A DNA stretch of 64,000 nucleotides from Bdellovibrio sp. (GCA_036676395.1 JAKFCY010000003.1:1-64000); one strand, 5' to 3'. Positions 51,252 to 61,948 are shown, numbered from the stretch's first letter. Notes: a model not told the origin generated them from the letters alone. Numbers and translations: made by a program.

Positions 51252-52455
51252 TTACTGACACACGTTAGTTGTAGGTTTAACAGGGCTTCCATCGCCTCTT
51301 CCAATGATACCTATTGCTCCTGTATTGCCAATTGTTATTGATCCACCACGAGGCGAACCTATACCAATACTTCCACCATATCCTGTTATTGCGCCGTTAT
51401 TTGGATTTGTGACTACCGAACCTGACAAAAAGCCTATATTTCCATTGTAATTTAAAGAAGATCCAGTGATCGAATTTGCATCAGGGTAAAAAGTTCCTTG
51501 GAGACCAATGCCTGCACCGCCACCAAAACCAGTCGCTCCAAAACCGTATAGACCTGCGAATACTTGGCCGTTTTGCGAGCCAAAATAAAACCCTCCAGCA
51601 GCATCCGCACCGCCTCCCAAATAGCCGCCGATGCCTATGCCTATTGTTATTCCCCATAATCCTGTTGGGTCAATACAGCTCACTGGGTTATTGTTGCAAT
51701 ACGCGTATAGGTTTGTGTCACCGCCATTAAATCCCGAAGGATCTTTAGTTAACCAGCGGCCAATGGTTGGGTCGTAGTCACGGGCACCGAACCTCGTCAG
51801 CCCAGTATCAGGATCGTGCAATCCGCCGGCAAATCCAAAAGGTTGAAATCCTGGCGCAGTATTTTTTGTAACTTTACCAAACTCATCGTGCAACATTTCT
51901 TGAGCAACAGAACCATCTTTAACTCGAACTATTAATCTAACACTACCAAGGTAATCAGTTATGATTCGATACATTTCACCTTTAATAACCATATAATCTG
52001 GAACATGAAATTTTGCACCATAGATATAACGCTGTAACACTTTACCATCAGGGCCAACGACGCCAGCCACTCGAATTTGATCCTGATAGATGTAAGAACT
52101 TTGCAGGGTACCGTTTACGTTATTTTGAATTCTTCGGCCATAACCATCTATTTCATATTCATAAGATGTCGAGCCTAATTTTACGGATGTAATTTGGCCA
52201 AATGAATTATACGTGAATGAGGTTACTTGATTAGAAACGTTATTTTTCTTCGACTCAAGCTCACCGTTTAAATTATATTGAAAACTGTCTGCGTTGTATG
52301 TCACAAGACGGTCTTGAGAATCATACGCTGCAAGAGTTGCCTGACCACTTGCAATGCCAGAAATACGATTATTATTGGCATCATATATGTATTTTCCAGA
52401 AGTGATTCCATTTTGTTTAACTTGGCTTAGTCGATTTCGCGTATCATATGCGACC
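51252..52455 (-). pseudogene. Orphan Rhs core + C-terminal toxin module (5'-truncated)
   Basis: YD repeats, FGFAGGL, FGARDYDP..GRW..KDP, NNPV..IDPTG, then a Gly-rich CT. Rhs-like coding continues upstream of 52304 (AYDTRNRLSQVKQNG) without a native Rhs start. Confidence 0.85.
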
Positions 52456-52509
52456 TGAGACCCAAACTAGTACCAATAGAGTCAGACGACGGAGTTAATT
52501 CAGTCGCAG

Positions 52510-52608
52510 CGTAACCATAAATCCCTAGGATAATTCCAGCAATTAAAAGCAAAAAGGAATGCTCACTAAAAAGAATAATCCTAGATCAGAGTTTTTTAAA
52601 AAATCCAA
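52510..52608 (-). pseudogene. Frameshifted paralogue of the 53911-54129 membrane protein
   Basis: LDFLKNSDLGLFFLVSIPF(-1 frameshift)LLIAGIILGIY versus MDFLKSSNVGLLFLVSIPFLLLITGTVVGLY. Confidence 0.75.
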
Positions 52609-52616
52609 ATTTATTT

Positions 52617-52649
52617 CCCGTGTCGGTTCGATTCCGACCCGATCTACCA
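52617..52649 (+). other. tRNA 3'-end fragment (att-site-like scar)
   Basis: GTCGG-TTCGATT-CCGAC T-arm, then 7-nt CCGATCT, discriminator A and CCA. No D-arm or anticodon arm upstream. Confidence 0.7.
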
Positions 52650-52659
52650 TCTTACTTCA

Positions 52660-53712
52660 TTAATTCGATGTATTCTGCATATAGATCTTATAGTGACCTG
52701 CAAGGCTTTTGCAGCCATCACTCTGATCTGTAATAGTGCGTTTTGTAATTAAATAATTCTGCTCAGTTAACCGAAAAGACACCATATAAGAGCATGTTGT
52801 GTCTGAACCTTGATTAACGGCATGAATTCCATTTTGATTAACCACAATTTGATTAGTACTGAAAACTTCATTCTTGCCATTAGTCACCCATGCCTCTTCT
52901 GCCAAGTTTATTTTGTCGCCAAAAATATCTTCAGTAGATTTGAGTGAATACAAAAAAGAACCTTTTGCGCCCCCGTTATCTGTAATGCCGTCAGGAAAAT
53001 ATCCAAAACCAGAAGTCAAACCTCCACCACTCATTGCACCGGCAAACCTCATCCAATTGCCCAAAAGTGCGTTCAACTGGGGAATACGCGCTTTTGAAAA
53101 AGCTTCTTCTGCAGCCTCAAAACTAAAGTAAGCGCTATTGCCATTTAGTGGTGGATTTTTTTGGGCAGCAGCAGCTGTTTTATATATTCTGTAATTCTTA
53201 TCGCCACCCTTGCATGTAGAGCTCTGAGTAATCTGAGTTTTTGTAATTAACATATTATCTTTTGTAATACGAAAAACTAACGTTTGTTCACAAAATTCAT
53301 CTGTTTCAGGAGTAAGACGAGTCACTTCTGATTTATATGTCACTAAGCGTGTAGAGTCCCAGATATTATTGTATTTACCCTCTGTAGTGCGAACCCTTTC
53401 GAACAATAGGGTGCTGGTACCAAAAATATCTTTCGCGAACATAAAGAAATTCCAGATGTAGCCTTTATTGCCCGCATTACTTGTTACAATGCCATCTGGA
53501 AAATAACCGACTTCCCAACTTGGCGTCTGACTATCTGTGGCTCCACCAATCATCATCCAAGCACCAACAAGCTCTTGAGTTTTAGGAACATGAGCGCCAG
53601 CAAATATTTTTTGTGCTTTAGCAAAATCAAAGTTCCCTACTTCATTTGATTGAGCTGCAGATGTTGTAGATACGAACATAGACATTGCAAAAATCATTAC
53701 GATTTTTATCAT
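52660..53712 (-). CDS. Secreted protein made of two homologous ~165-aa domains
   Basis: Signal peptide. F..A...F..A..P....L.G.WM...GA....GYFPDGI...G.KG...DIFG...FR.T..N.LITK occurs twice. Confidence 0.75.
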   Translation of the reverse strand: MIKIVMIFAMSMFVSTTSAAQSNEVGNFDFAKAQKIFAGAHVPKTQELVGAWMMIGGATDSQTPSWEVGYFPDGIVTSNAGNKGYIWNFFMFAKDIFGTSTLLFERVRTTEGKYNNIWDSTRLVTYKSEVTRLTPETDEFCEQTLVFRITKDNMLITKTQITQSSTCKGGDKNYRIYKTAAAAQKNPPLNGNSAYFSFEAAEEAFSKARIPQLNALLGNWMRFAGAMSGGGLTSGFGYFPDGITDNGGAKGSFLYSLKSTEDIFGDKINLAEEAWVTNGKNEVFSTNQIVVNQNGIHAVNQGSDTTCSYMVSFRLTEQNYLITKRTITDQSDGCKSLAGHYKIYMQNTSN

Positions 53713-53910
53713 GGGATTTATTCTCCTGAGTAAATAAAATTTAATTGAGCATAGTTTATTCTGTTTAATTTGAGAACCGAAATCTACAAATTCTTAATAA
53801 ACTATGGAAAAAAGCCTCGCGTATCACTTCCCATATCTAATTAATAAAAGTGATATCGGCTTCAGCTGGGGTGACCTTACATGAGTTTTCCGACCACTTT
53901 GAATTAGAAT

Positions 53911-54129
53911 CTAGCCGGACATTTTGGGCACAATCGTAACCCTCATTAAAACTGCTGAAATAATTAATATTATTACTGCTAACGACAAGTATACCAGAAA
54001 CAGTTTGATCGATTTTTTGCGAATTACTATAGCTGCATATAACCCAACGACTGTTCCTGTTATTAATAACAAAAACGGAATGCTAACTAAAAACAGTAAT
54101 CCTACATTTGAGCTTTTTAGAAAATCCAA
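53911..54129 (-). CDS. Small two-TM protein, putative immunity protein
   Basis: Hydrophobic 72 aa. Starts 2 bp after a toxin-CT-like remnant. Confidence 0.55.
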   Translation of the reverse strand: MDFLKSSNVGLLFLVSIPFLLLITGTVVGLYAAIVIRKKSIKLFLVYLSLAVIILIISAVLMRVTIVPKMSG

Positions 54130-54130
54130 T

Positions 54131-54260
54131 TTACTTCCCTAATCCTTCGGCAAAACTTCTGCAATTCGTCGACTCAGAACTAGAAGTATAATCACTCATT
54201 AAACCGCCAACAAAATTGTACTTTAAAAGATGGTAGTTTTCATATAAGTTCCCTCTAATA
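54131..54260 (-). pseudogene. Possible remnant of an Rhs C-terminal toxin
   Basis: YNFVGG...TNCRSFAEGLGK* (Y...NC..F papain-like motif) coupled to a membrane protein gene. Confidence 0.35.
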
Positions 54261-54335
54261 TGCTTACATTCTGTGAGGTTACCACGGGCCGAGGTTGCTC
54301 CAACTTTGGTGGTATTTTTGAACAACCTATAAGAT

Positions 54336-54761
54336 TTATTTTTTCTCATTTTTATTGATTTTAACTATTATTGATCTTTCTTTTTTACTAAACGGCATTA
54401 TTGAAGAAGGATTATAGTTTTCACTAAAAAAAATATATTCTTTGTTTGAATCTAAATTGATTATTAACTAGCAATCTATATCTTTTTCAACTTTATCGTC
54501 TTTTGCCGCATTCGTGCTAAATGGTCCAATCTTAAATTCAGAAACATTAGCTAAGTTTTTGATTTTTTCTCGCGCTTCTAATATAAAATATTTTTTTTCG
54601 TTTTCAATTCTAGTTTCTTTAACTTTACCGACAATGATCCAATCACTATTTTTAACCAATTGGTTTTTTTTCCAAAACCAAGAGCTTTCATAATTGAGTG
54701 AACAGGCATTCGAATAGGAATTACCAAACAATAAACAAAGCACTAATGTTATATTCTTCAT
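54336..54761 (-). pseudogene. Secreted protein (immunity-like) with a premature TAG
   Basis: MKNITLVLCLL..ACS..SDWIIVGKV. TAG at 54468, after which the frame stays open 43 more codons to TAA at 54336. Confidence 0.55.
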
Positions 54762-54841
54762 GCCAACTCCTACTATTCCCCTGCCTCTTTTGGAAGACAT
54801 CGATTATATTTTTCTGCTTGTCGACGGTATCCGTACGCACA

Positions 54842-55210
54842 TTATCGATTGTGCTTTTCGGTACGCTCGACACCTTCTGAACCTTTAAACAGATATGTAG
54901 AAGCGTCAGACTCATATATAAGTTTTTTCCCTGTAGAATCAACAAAATCAACAGATTTTATTTCTTCGCTTGGTACATAATGGCAAATTTCATTTTCATT
55001 TTTCAATAAATCCAAGCCTTCGATACTCAACGGATATTTACCGCATTTATCAAAATATGCAGAAAGTGCCTTTTGAATTACTTTCATTCGAGAAGTTAAT
55101 CGATATAACTCAGCGTCATCGTCGTTAACTTTTTTTGACGCTAAAAAATAAGCAGCCACTAACATTAATACGCCCACTACCACCAAAATGAAAAATCTAT
55201 TTTTTTTCAC
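54842..55210 (-). CDS. GspG (T2SS pseudopilin)-like protein in the immunity position
   Basis: TM segment, IQKALSAYFDKCGKYP....GLDLL and VDSTGKKLIY (cf. DPWG.PY.Y). Start overlaps the 3' end of the Rhs gene. Confidence 0.55.
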   Translation of the reverse strand: MKKNRFFILVVVGVLMLVAAYFLASKKVNDDDAELYRLTSRMKVIQKALSAYFDKCGKYPLSIEGLDLLKNENEICHYVPSEEIKSVDFVDSTGKKLIYESDASTYLFKGSEGVERTEKHNR

Positions 55211-58200
55211 ATCGTCTCCCTGAAAACTTCAAGAAATTATCACCATTCTCTTCCTGAAATGCATCTGATTTTCCGAATATGTCGAAATGCGCCCTGTTTC
55301 TATTGAAGATCGAGCTAAGCACTACTTTGGCCAGACCTCCATATCCACCTTGAATATGCAGCGCCTCATGATACACAGTATTTAACAAATCTAAGACTTG
55401 GTCATCATTTAGAATCCCTTGATATTTTGAATCCAGTAAAATTTGATTGTTAAAAACACTAGCCGAACCAGAATCTCCTGGACTGTTTAAAGTTCCAAAA
55501 GATGTATTCTGAATTTCAGGAATAAATCTTTTCACGAAAGCAATTGCCTGATTGATATCTTGCTGGGTTCTACCACTCGGGTCCACATAATTGATTGGAT
55601 CACTACCTACATACCCATATAAATTCTCATCTCCTCCTCTAAATCCAATCGGATCTTTACTAATCCAGCGACCTATCTCTGGATCATACCAACGCGCTCC
55701 AAAATGAACTAAATTCGTATTATGATCATACAATCCACCGGCGAAACCAAAAGGTTGAAAACCTGGATTGGTATTTTTTAAAATTCTACCGAATTCATCA
55801 TGCAACATTTCTTGCATAATTGTGCCGTCGCTAACTCTGACTACTAATCTTACGCTTCCAAGATGATCAGTAACAATACGATAAACAGCGCCCTTCATAA
55901 TCATGAAGTCTGGTGCATGAGATTTCGAAGCATAACCAAATCGCTGTAATACGTTACCTTCAGCATCTAATACACCAGTCAGCCTTAGTGGGCCTTGATA
56001 TATATACGTGCTTTGCAATACTCCGTTTACAAAATTCTGCGCTCTTCTTCTAAGACCATCGTACTCATAACTAATTGCTGTCGAACCTGATTTAACTGCC
56101 GCAAGCTGACCTAACGAATTAAAAACATAAGATGTTTCTTGGTTAGTTATCGAATTTTTCTTCGAAACAAGATCACCTTTTAAGTTATATTTATAATTCT
56201 GTGTGTTGTATGCAGAAAGTCGGTCTTGTGAATCAAACACCGATTTAATCGATTGAGTACTTAAATTTCCACCAACACGATTTCCGTTAGCATCGTAAAC
56301 ATACCTAGAAGCAATGGTTCCATTAGTTTTTACTTCAACCAGCTTGCCACCTAAGTCGTACGCGTAGTCATATGTTACCTCGACACCATTAATGGATTCG
56401 ACTTTTTTAACTATTCTACCTAAATCATCACGAACTAATTTATATGAATATAAAGTTGGATCGACCAATGCATTCTTGTTGTGGTATTTCAGGATATAAG
56501 AATTTAATTCCCCAAATTGATTATACGAAAATTCGTCTCTAGCTGTGTTTTCACCTTCGAAGACTTTAGTTTCACTGATTTGTCCTGAGTCAGATGCATA
56601 TAGAATATCTTCGTTACCTATGCGGCTGATTTTTCCTGCAGGCCCATAATTATATTTGAAAATAATTCTAGGTGAACCTTTAACACCGTTTACAACTACA
56701 TCTTCAACAAGTCGTCCTAACGAATTACGAAATGCCATATATGCACCGACTACTGCGTCTTCTTTTTCCAAAACATCCTGATTTATAAACCCACCTTCAA
56801 ACGGGTATAAATACGAAGCTAAAGTAGCTGGAGTTTTAATTCCATCATAAATTCCAAACTTAGAATTAAATCTGTAGTTGTAAGTGCCTTCTGGGGTTAC
56901 AATACTCTCGAGCGTACCATTGGCTTGGTGATAATTAAAAATATTCATGCTGCCATCTGGGAATGTGATTGCAGTTAGTTGTTTATCAACATTGTACGAG
57001 TAGTTTGTCGGAGTTGATTCTTCACCTTCCAACAGGGGTGGAGAATAACTTATTGGCAATTCTAATACGTTGAAACTAAAGTTATGTTTTTGCTTGTTTG
57101 CTGGAGTGATAGCAATCAATTTGTCATTTTCATCGTAATTATAGATAACTTTTCTGCCATCGGGATATTGAATAGAATCTAATTTTCCAGTTTTAGTATA
57201 AGTATAATCAGTTGATTGGCCTAGAACATTACTTGTTGAAGTTAACAAATTTGTTAAAGGATCATAAACATTCTCGATGATACGATTGCCCTGAGATATA
57301 CGAACTAGTTTATCTTGCTTGTATGAAAATGTTGTCGGCACATAGCTTCCCCATTGAAAAGCTACAACTCTTTCAAATTCATCAATTTGTGATTTAAAAT
57401 TAATGCCATCTGCAGTTTGCGTGGTGAATATTCTTTTTTCGCCATTGTAACTTGTTACAGTATTCTCTCCAAATGCATCAGTTAGTTTAGAAGAATAATT
57501 CTTGATCGAAAAAGGATTGGCAGGATCATTTAATTCAAAATTTTCTGATGTTTTTGCCTTTGTATTTAAAGTTGTTCCAGAAGCTACGTTGCGTGTGACA
57601 GTGCGTGCGAAATCCTTAAATCTCAGATCTGGCGTATAGTAAGTAAAATAATCTATTCCGTTTTTTCTTTCAGACAATTCACTCTCAGCAGCCCACGACT
57701 GTACCACGGTTTGATCCGGATTCAGAACACGCTTATAATAATAGACCTCGTCTTTTCCATCAGCGTTTTTGTACGTTTGATTGTCAGTTGTATAGTTTGT
57801 GATACGGCCCATTGGCGATTTAGAATTAATTTGAGTTGGCTTGCCAGGCACAACATTCTTTTCTAAATTGATACTATGTCCGCCTGAATGAGCATCGTAA
57901 ATTAAATTACCTAGATTATCATATGAAAACGAACTGACTTGCCCTTGGGGCTTTCTGAATGTTTTTAATAAACCTAATTCATTATGGTAAGTTACTGAGT
58001 ACGTTTGACCCGCAGGATTTTTAATCGCAGAAATAAATTTAAAATTATTCAGAGTTATTTGAGTGACTTGGCCACCAGGCGCGGTAATTGAAACTAAATC
58101 CCCTTCTGCATTACGATTGAACAGAGTTCTTTTGCCGAATGCATCTGAAATTGAATTTAATAATCCATTTGCACTATGTTCAAATGAATATACTAAAGCA

Positions 58201-59153
58201 CCTAACCAAAAAGTTTTAGTTTGAAGATGTTTACCACTTAACGAATCAAAAATATAAATAAGCGATCTATCAGAATCGATAACTCGCAATTGATTATTAG
58301 CCAATAGTTCTGCTTTTGCTGTTAAACTTGAACCATCCCCTCTTAACACTTGTTTGCGATTTAAATCATAGAAGTGGTAAATAGTCGGAAGCCAAAGTCC
58401 AAATCCTAAATACTTCGCTTGTAAGCTCCCCATCGGAACTTGAAAAGATGTTGCAACTCCTGTTGGAAATTGCTTAACAAAAACCTCAGCTGCCATAGAA
58501 CCTATGTTTTGACTTCCATTTACTTTTCCATTCCAAACATATTGAGCACTAAGATTCGTAGCAATTGGAAGAGCTTTATTCTCAACCACTTCACCGTTTA
58601 TTTTAATCGCGTATTTAACTTGAGTAGCACCAGCATCAAGTTTATCTGAAGTCAGCGGAATTCTTAGAGTGTAATCACCAATTCTTCCAGAAACCTTATT
58701 CGTAAAATAAGCTAATGAAAAATTAGTACCGACGATTCGCACTTCTTCCCCAAGCACTTGGTTATCTGTAAAAATAATTGAGGCACATTGGATTGAAGTT
58801 TTATCGACCGATGGAACTGTAAATGTTCTGGGAGTTGGATCATCTTTAGGTCTTGGCGGTGTAGGCGTAGGATTTGGTGTTGGGGTCGGCGTTGGATTGG
58901 GATTGCCACCATCGCAGTAAGCTGTGGCTCTTCCTACATCTACAGCTCCCTGCCAACTAATAGTACATTCAGATTCAAATCCCCCCTCAAAATAGCGGAC
59001 GACTTTAAATTCTCTCTTCATATCTGGAGGACCACTTATTTCAAGACATTGCTTTTTGTGACGTTCGATCTCGTCCTTACAAGAAACTGCTTGAGCTTGA
59101 GAATTGAAAGCTAAAGCTACAATTAACAATAACGAACGAAAAATAGAATTCAT
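55197..59153 (-). CDS. Sec-signal Rhs/YD-repeat toxin with a HExxH metallopeptidase-like CT
   Basis: Signal peptide AQA, PT linker, YD repeats, FGARWYDPEIGRWISKDP, DPINYVDPSG, and a CT containing VYHEALH. Confidence 0.9.
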   Translation of the reverse strand: MNSIFRSLLLIVALAFNSQAQAVSCKDEIERHKKQCLEISGPPDMKREFKVVRYFEGGFESECTISWQGAVDVGRATAYCDGGNPNPTPTPTPNPTPTPPRPKDDPTPRTFTVPSVDKTSIQCASIIFTDNQVLGEEVRIVGTNFSLAYFTNKVSGRIGDYTLRIPLTSDKLDAGATQVKYAIKINGEVVENKALPIATNLSAQYVWNGKVNGSQNIGSMAAEVFVKQFPTGVATSFQVPMGSLQAKYLGFGLWLPTIYHFYDLNRKQVLRGDGSSLTAKAELLANNQLRVIDSDRSLIYIFDSLSGKHLQTKTFWLGALVYSFEHSANGLLNSISDAFGKRTLFNRNAEGDLVSITAPGGQVTQITLNNFKFISAIKNPAGQTYSVTYHNELGLLKTFRKPQGQVSSFSYDNLGNLIYDAHSGGHSINLEKNVVPGKPTQINSKSPMGRITNYTTDNQTYKNADGKDEVYYYKRVLNPDQTVVQSWAAESELSERKNGIDYFTYYTPDLRFKDFARTVTRNVASGTTLNTKAKTSENFELNDPANPFSIKNYSSKLTDAFGENTVTSYNGEKRIFTTQTADGINFKSQIDEFERVVAFQWGSYVPTTFSYKQDKLVRISQGNRIIENVYDPLTNLLTSTSNVLGQSTDYTYTKTGKLDSIQYPDGRKVIYNYDENDKLIAITPANKQKHNFSFNVLELPISYSPPLLEGEESTPTNYSYNVDKQLTAITFPDGSMNIFNYHQANGTLESIVTPEGTYNYRFNSKFGIYDGIKTPATLASYLYPFEGGFINQDVLEKEDAVVGAYMAFRNSLGRLVEDVVVNGVKGSPRIIFKYNYGPAGKISRIGNEDILYASDSGQISETKVFEGENTARDEFSYNQFGELNSYILKYHNKNALVDPTLYSYKLVRDDLGRIVKKVESINGVEVTYDYAYDLGGKLVEVKTNGTIASRYVYDANGNRVGGNLSTQSIKSVFDSQDRLSAYNTQNYKYNLKGDLVSKKNSITNQETSYVFNSLGQLAAVKSGSTAISYEYDGLRRRAQNFVNGVLQSTYIYQGPLRLTGVLDAEGNVLQRFGYASKSHAPDFMIMKGAVYRIVTDHLGSVRLVVRVSDGTIMQEMLHDEFGRILKNTNPGFQPFGFAGGLYDHNTNLVHFGARWYDPEIGRWISKDPIGFRGGDENLYGYVGSDPINYVDPSGRTQQDINQAIAFVKRFIPEIQNTSFGTLNSPGDSGSASVFNNQILLDSKYQGILNDDQVLDLLNTVYHEALHIQGGYGGLAKVVLSSIFNRNRAHFDIFGKSDAFQEENGDNFLKFSGRRCEKK

Positions 59154-59240
59154 ATGGGCTTCCTCAGAACCCAACGGTATAAATAAATATTAATTTATAA
59201 GCAACAGAATTTATCGAAGCCCGAAATCAGGGCATCTTCT

Positions 59241-59894
59241 TCATTTTTTAACAGCCAGAAGTAAACCTTCTTCAGTCGGCACAAACGACGCCGTAAAATT
59301 CGCATCCGCGAAAACATCCGTAGTCATCTCTTTCACCGTCTGAACTTGTTTATCGCTGAACTTCTGTTTTGACAGGTCTCCCCAGACACTTCCTGCTAAA
59401 AAAACATTGTCGATGAGGATCATTCCACCTGACCTGATATTGTTTTTGGCCCACATCCAGTAATCTTTATAGGCCGCTTTATTACCGTCGATGAAGATCG
59501 CATCGAAGGGCCCCTGGCTTGATAGCTTAGGTAGTTCTTCACGAGCATCACCGGCCACTATCACGCATTGGCCGCGGTCTATCCAGGGCTTTAAGGCTTG
59601 GCTTGCAAGTGCAATATGTTCAGTAGACTTTTCTAATGTGTAAATGATGCCATCTTGTTGTAATGATTGAAGAAAGTACTGACAAGATAGGCCCGTCAGC
59701 GTGCCTATTTCTACAACTTTTTTCGGTTTAATTAGGCCGACCAAAAACCCCATTAAATGGGCTTCGGTATGAGAAACAGAGATGCCACCTAAACCTAATT
59801 GATCTGCGAATTTGCGTGAAAGCTGCATGTGTTCGTTTTCAAGTTGATAACAATTTTCAATGTAGGTGTACGAGGGCTGGATTGAATTTCTCAT
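59241..59894 (-). CDS. O-methyltransferase (COMT/CCoAOMT-like)
   Basis: VEIGTLTGLS, GDA, FDAIFIDGNK, DNV. Confidence 0.92.
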   Translation of the reverse strand: MRNSIQPSYTYIENCYQLENEHMQLSRKFADQLGLGGISVSHTEAHLMGFLVGLIKPKKVVEIGTLTGLSCQYFLQSLQQDGIIYTLEKSTEHIALASQALKPWIDRGQCVIVAGDAREELPKLSSQGPFDAIFIDGNKAAYKDYWMWAKNNIRSGGMILIDNVFLAGSVWGDLSKQKFSDKQVQTVKEMTTDVFADANFTASFVPTEEGLLLAVKK

Positions 59895-59965
59895 GCTTAT
59901 TGTTTACGTCGAAAATTTTGGATTTTCAATTGCTGATCATTAGGCAAACCATTATAACTTACAAC

Positions 59966-60958
59966 ATGTCTGAAACATTACTAGAAGTTACAAATTTACG
60001 TACTCGTTATAAAACTGATGATGGTGCTATTTTTCCGGTAGATGACATCTCTTTCCGCGTGAAAAAGGGTCAAACTCTAGGCATCGTGGGCGAATCAGGT
60101 TGTGGTAAATCACAAACTGCACTTTCAATTATGCGCCTTATTCAAAAACCAGGTGAAATTGTTTCTGGTGATGTGCAATTCAAAGGCGAAAGCTTATTGA
60201 AAAAAACTGAAGATCAAATGCGTGAGATTTTAGGTAATCAAATGGCAATGATTTTTCAAGAGCCGATGACTTCGTTAAATCCGGTTTACACGATCGGTGA
60301 CCAAATCGAAGAAAGCATTCGTCTTCACCAAAAAGGTTTAACAAATTTAGAAATTAAAAATAAAGCGATCGATATGTTAAAGCTTGTGGGTATTCCTGCA
60401 GCTGACAAACGTTACCATGAATATCCGCACCAATTATCAGGCGGTATGCGCCAACGTGTGATGATCGCTATGGCGATGAGCTGTACGCCGCAATTATTAA
60501 TTGCGGATGAGCCAACAACTGCACTTGATGTTACTATCCAAGCACAGATCTTAGATCTAATGCGTAAAGTTCAAAAAGAATTTCAAGCCGGCATGATTTT
60601 AATCACGCATGATCTAGGCGTAGTGGCTGAAATGTGCCAAGACGTTATTGTTATGTACGCTGGTAAAATCGTTGAGTACGGCACTGTAGAAGATATTTTC
60701 TACCGCCCGAAACATCCGTACACTAAAGGTTTACTTGATTCTATTCCGCACTTTGAAACTGGCTCGCGCATGAAACAGTTAAATACAATCCCGGGCTTAG
60801 TACCAAGTTTGTATAGCCTGCCTGTTGGTTGCCGTTTTCAAGAACGTTGTAAATTCGCTCAAGAAGACTGCCGTCGTGCAGAACCTAATTTAGAAAACTT
60901 ACGTGGCGTTCATAAAGTCGCTTGTTATCATCCAGTTCAATCAGAAGGAAATAACTAA
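59966..60958 (+). CDS. oppD: Oligopeptide/dipeptide ABC transporter ATP-binding subunit (OppD/DppD-like)
   Basis: [29 protein letters not shown]-terminal Cys motif. Start taken as MSETLL. Confidence 0.88.
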   Translation: MSETLLEVTNLRTRYKTDDGAIFPVDDISFRVKKGQTLGIVGESGCGKSQTALSIMRLIQKPGEIVSGDVQFKGESLLKKTEDQMREILGNQMAMIFQEPMTSLNPVYTIGDQIEESIRLHQKGLTNLEIKNKAIDMLKLVGIPAADKRYHEYPHQLSGGMRQRVMIAMAMSCTPQLLIADEPTTALDVTIQAQILDLMRKVQKEFQAGMILITHDLGVVAEMCQDVIVMYAGKIVEYGTVEDIFYRPKHPYTKGLLDSIPHFETGSRMKQLNTIPGLVPSLYSLPVGCRFQERCKFAQEDCRRAEPNLENLRGVHKVACYHPVQSEGNN

Positions 60959-60960
60959 TC

Positions 60961-61947
60961 ATGTCTCAGACTCAGCCGTCCGCACAACCACTTCTTACCG
61001 TTGATAATGTTGTAAAACACTTTCCGATTCATGGCGGATTATTTTCTCGTCAAATCGCGGCTGTTAAGGCCGTACAAAATATTTCATTTACCTTAAACAA
61101 AGGTGAAACGCTGGGCCTAGTTGGCGAATCAGGCTGTGGTAAATCTACACTTGGTCGTTGTTTGATTCGTTTGATCGAACCAACTTCTGGAAAAATTATT
61201 TTCAACGGTGAAGACATCACGCATGTTGATTCAAACCGCATGCGCGATTTACGTCGTAAAATGCAAATCATCTTCCAAGATCCGTATGCGTCTTTAAATC
61301 CGCGCATGACAATCGGTGCGATCTTAGAAGAGCCTTTAGTTATTCATAATCTTTACCCGAACTCAATCGAACGCCAAGAACGCGTGCAAGAATTAGTAAA
61401 ACTTGTTGGTCTTCGCCCTGAACATTTATCGCGTTACCCGCATGAGTTTTCAGGCGGACAACGTCAACGTGTGGGCATTGCCCGTGCGTTAGCGGTAAAT
61501 CCAGAAATTATCATCTGTGATGAACCAGTTTCTGCCTTAGACGTTTCTATCCAGGCGCAAGTCATTAACTTGTTAATGGAACTTCAGCAAAAACTTGGTT
61601 TAACTTATATCTTTATCGCCCATGACTTAAAAGTGGTTGAACACGTTTCAACCAAAGTGGCCGTGATGTACTTAGGCCAAATCGTCGAGATGGCTGAAGC
61701 TGATGAGCTTTATAAAAACCCGCAACATCCTTACACCAAAGCGTTGTTGTCAGCGATTCCGGTACCAGATCCTAAACCTCGCCCAGAGCGCATCATCTTA
61801 ACAGGGGATGTACCATCGCCAATCGCGCCGCCGCCAGGTTGTTATTTCAACCCACGCTGCCCGATGGCTACTGCAGAATGTACAATGACAAGACCTGAGT
61901 TAGTTGAAAAATCACCGGGCCACTTTGTAAGTTGTTTAAAGGTTTAA
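60961..61947 (+). CDS. oppF: Oligopeptide/dipeptide ABC transporter ATP-binding subunit (OppF/DppF-like)
   Basis: [27 protein letters not shown]. Confidence 0.88.
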   Translation: MSQTQPSAQPLLTVDNVVKHFPIHGGLFSRQIAAVKAVQNISFTLNKGETLGLVGESGCGKSTLGRCLIRLIEPTSGKIIFNGEDITHVDSNRMRDLRRKMQIIFQDPYASLNPRMTIGAILEEPLVIHNLYPNSIERQERVQELVKLVGLRPEHLSRYPHEFSGGQRQRVGIARALAVNPEIIICDEPVSALDVSIQAQVINLLMELQQKLGLTYIFIAHDLKVVEHVSTKVAVMYLGQIVEMAEADELYKNPQHPYTKALLSAIPVPDPKPRPERIILTGDVPSPIAPPPGCYFNPRCPMATAECTMTRPELVEKSPGHFVSCLKV

Positions 61948-61948
61948 G

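Noticed and set aside
52570..52649. Complete tRNA gene
   Set aside because: The upstream sequence is a decayed protein-coding region with no D-arm, anticodon arm or matching 5' acceptor strand. Kept only as a fragment.
48031..53900. TGACCT-initiated motifs at 48031 and 53872 as IS3-like ends
   Set aside because: Same orientation, weak mutual similarity and no transposase remnant.
59816..59965. N-terminal extension of OppD in the ORF track
   Set aside because: It overlaps the divergent methyltransferase gene; family similarity begins at ATG 59966.
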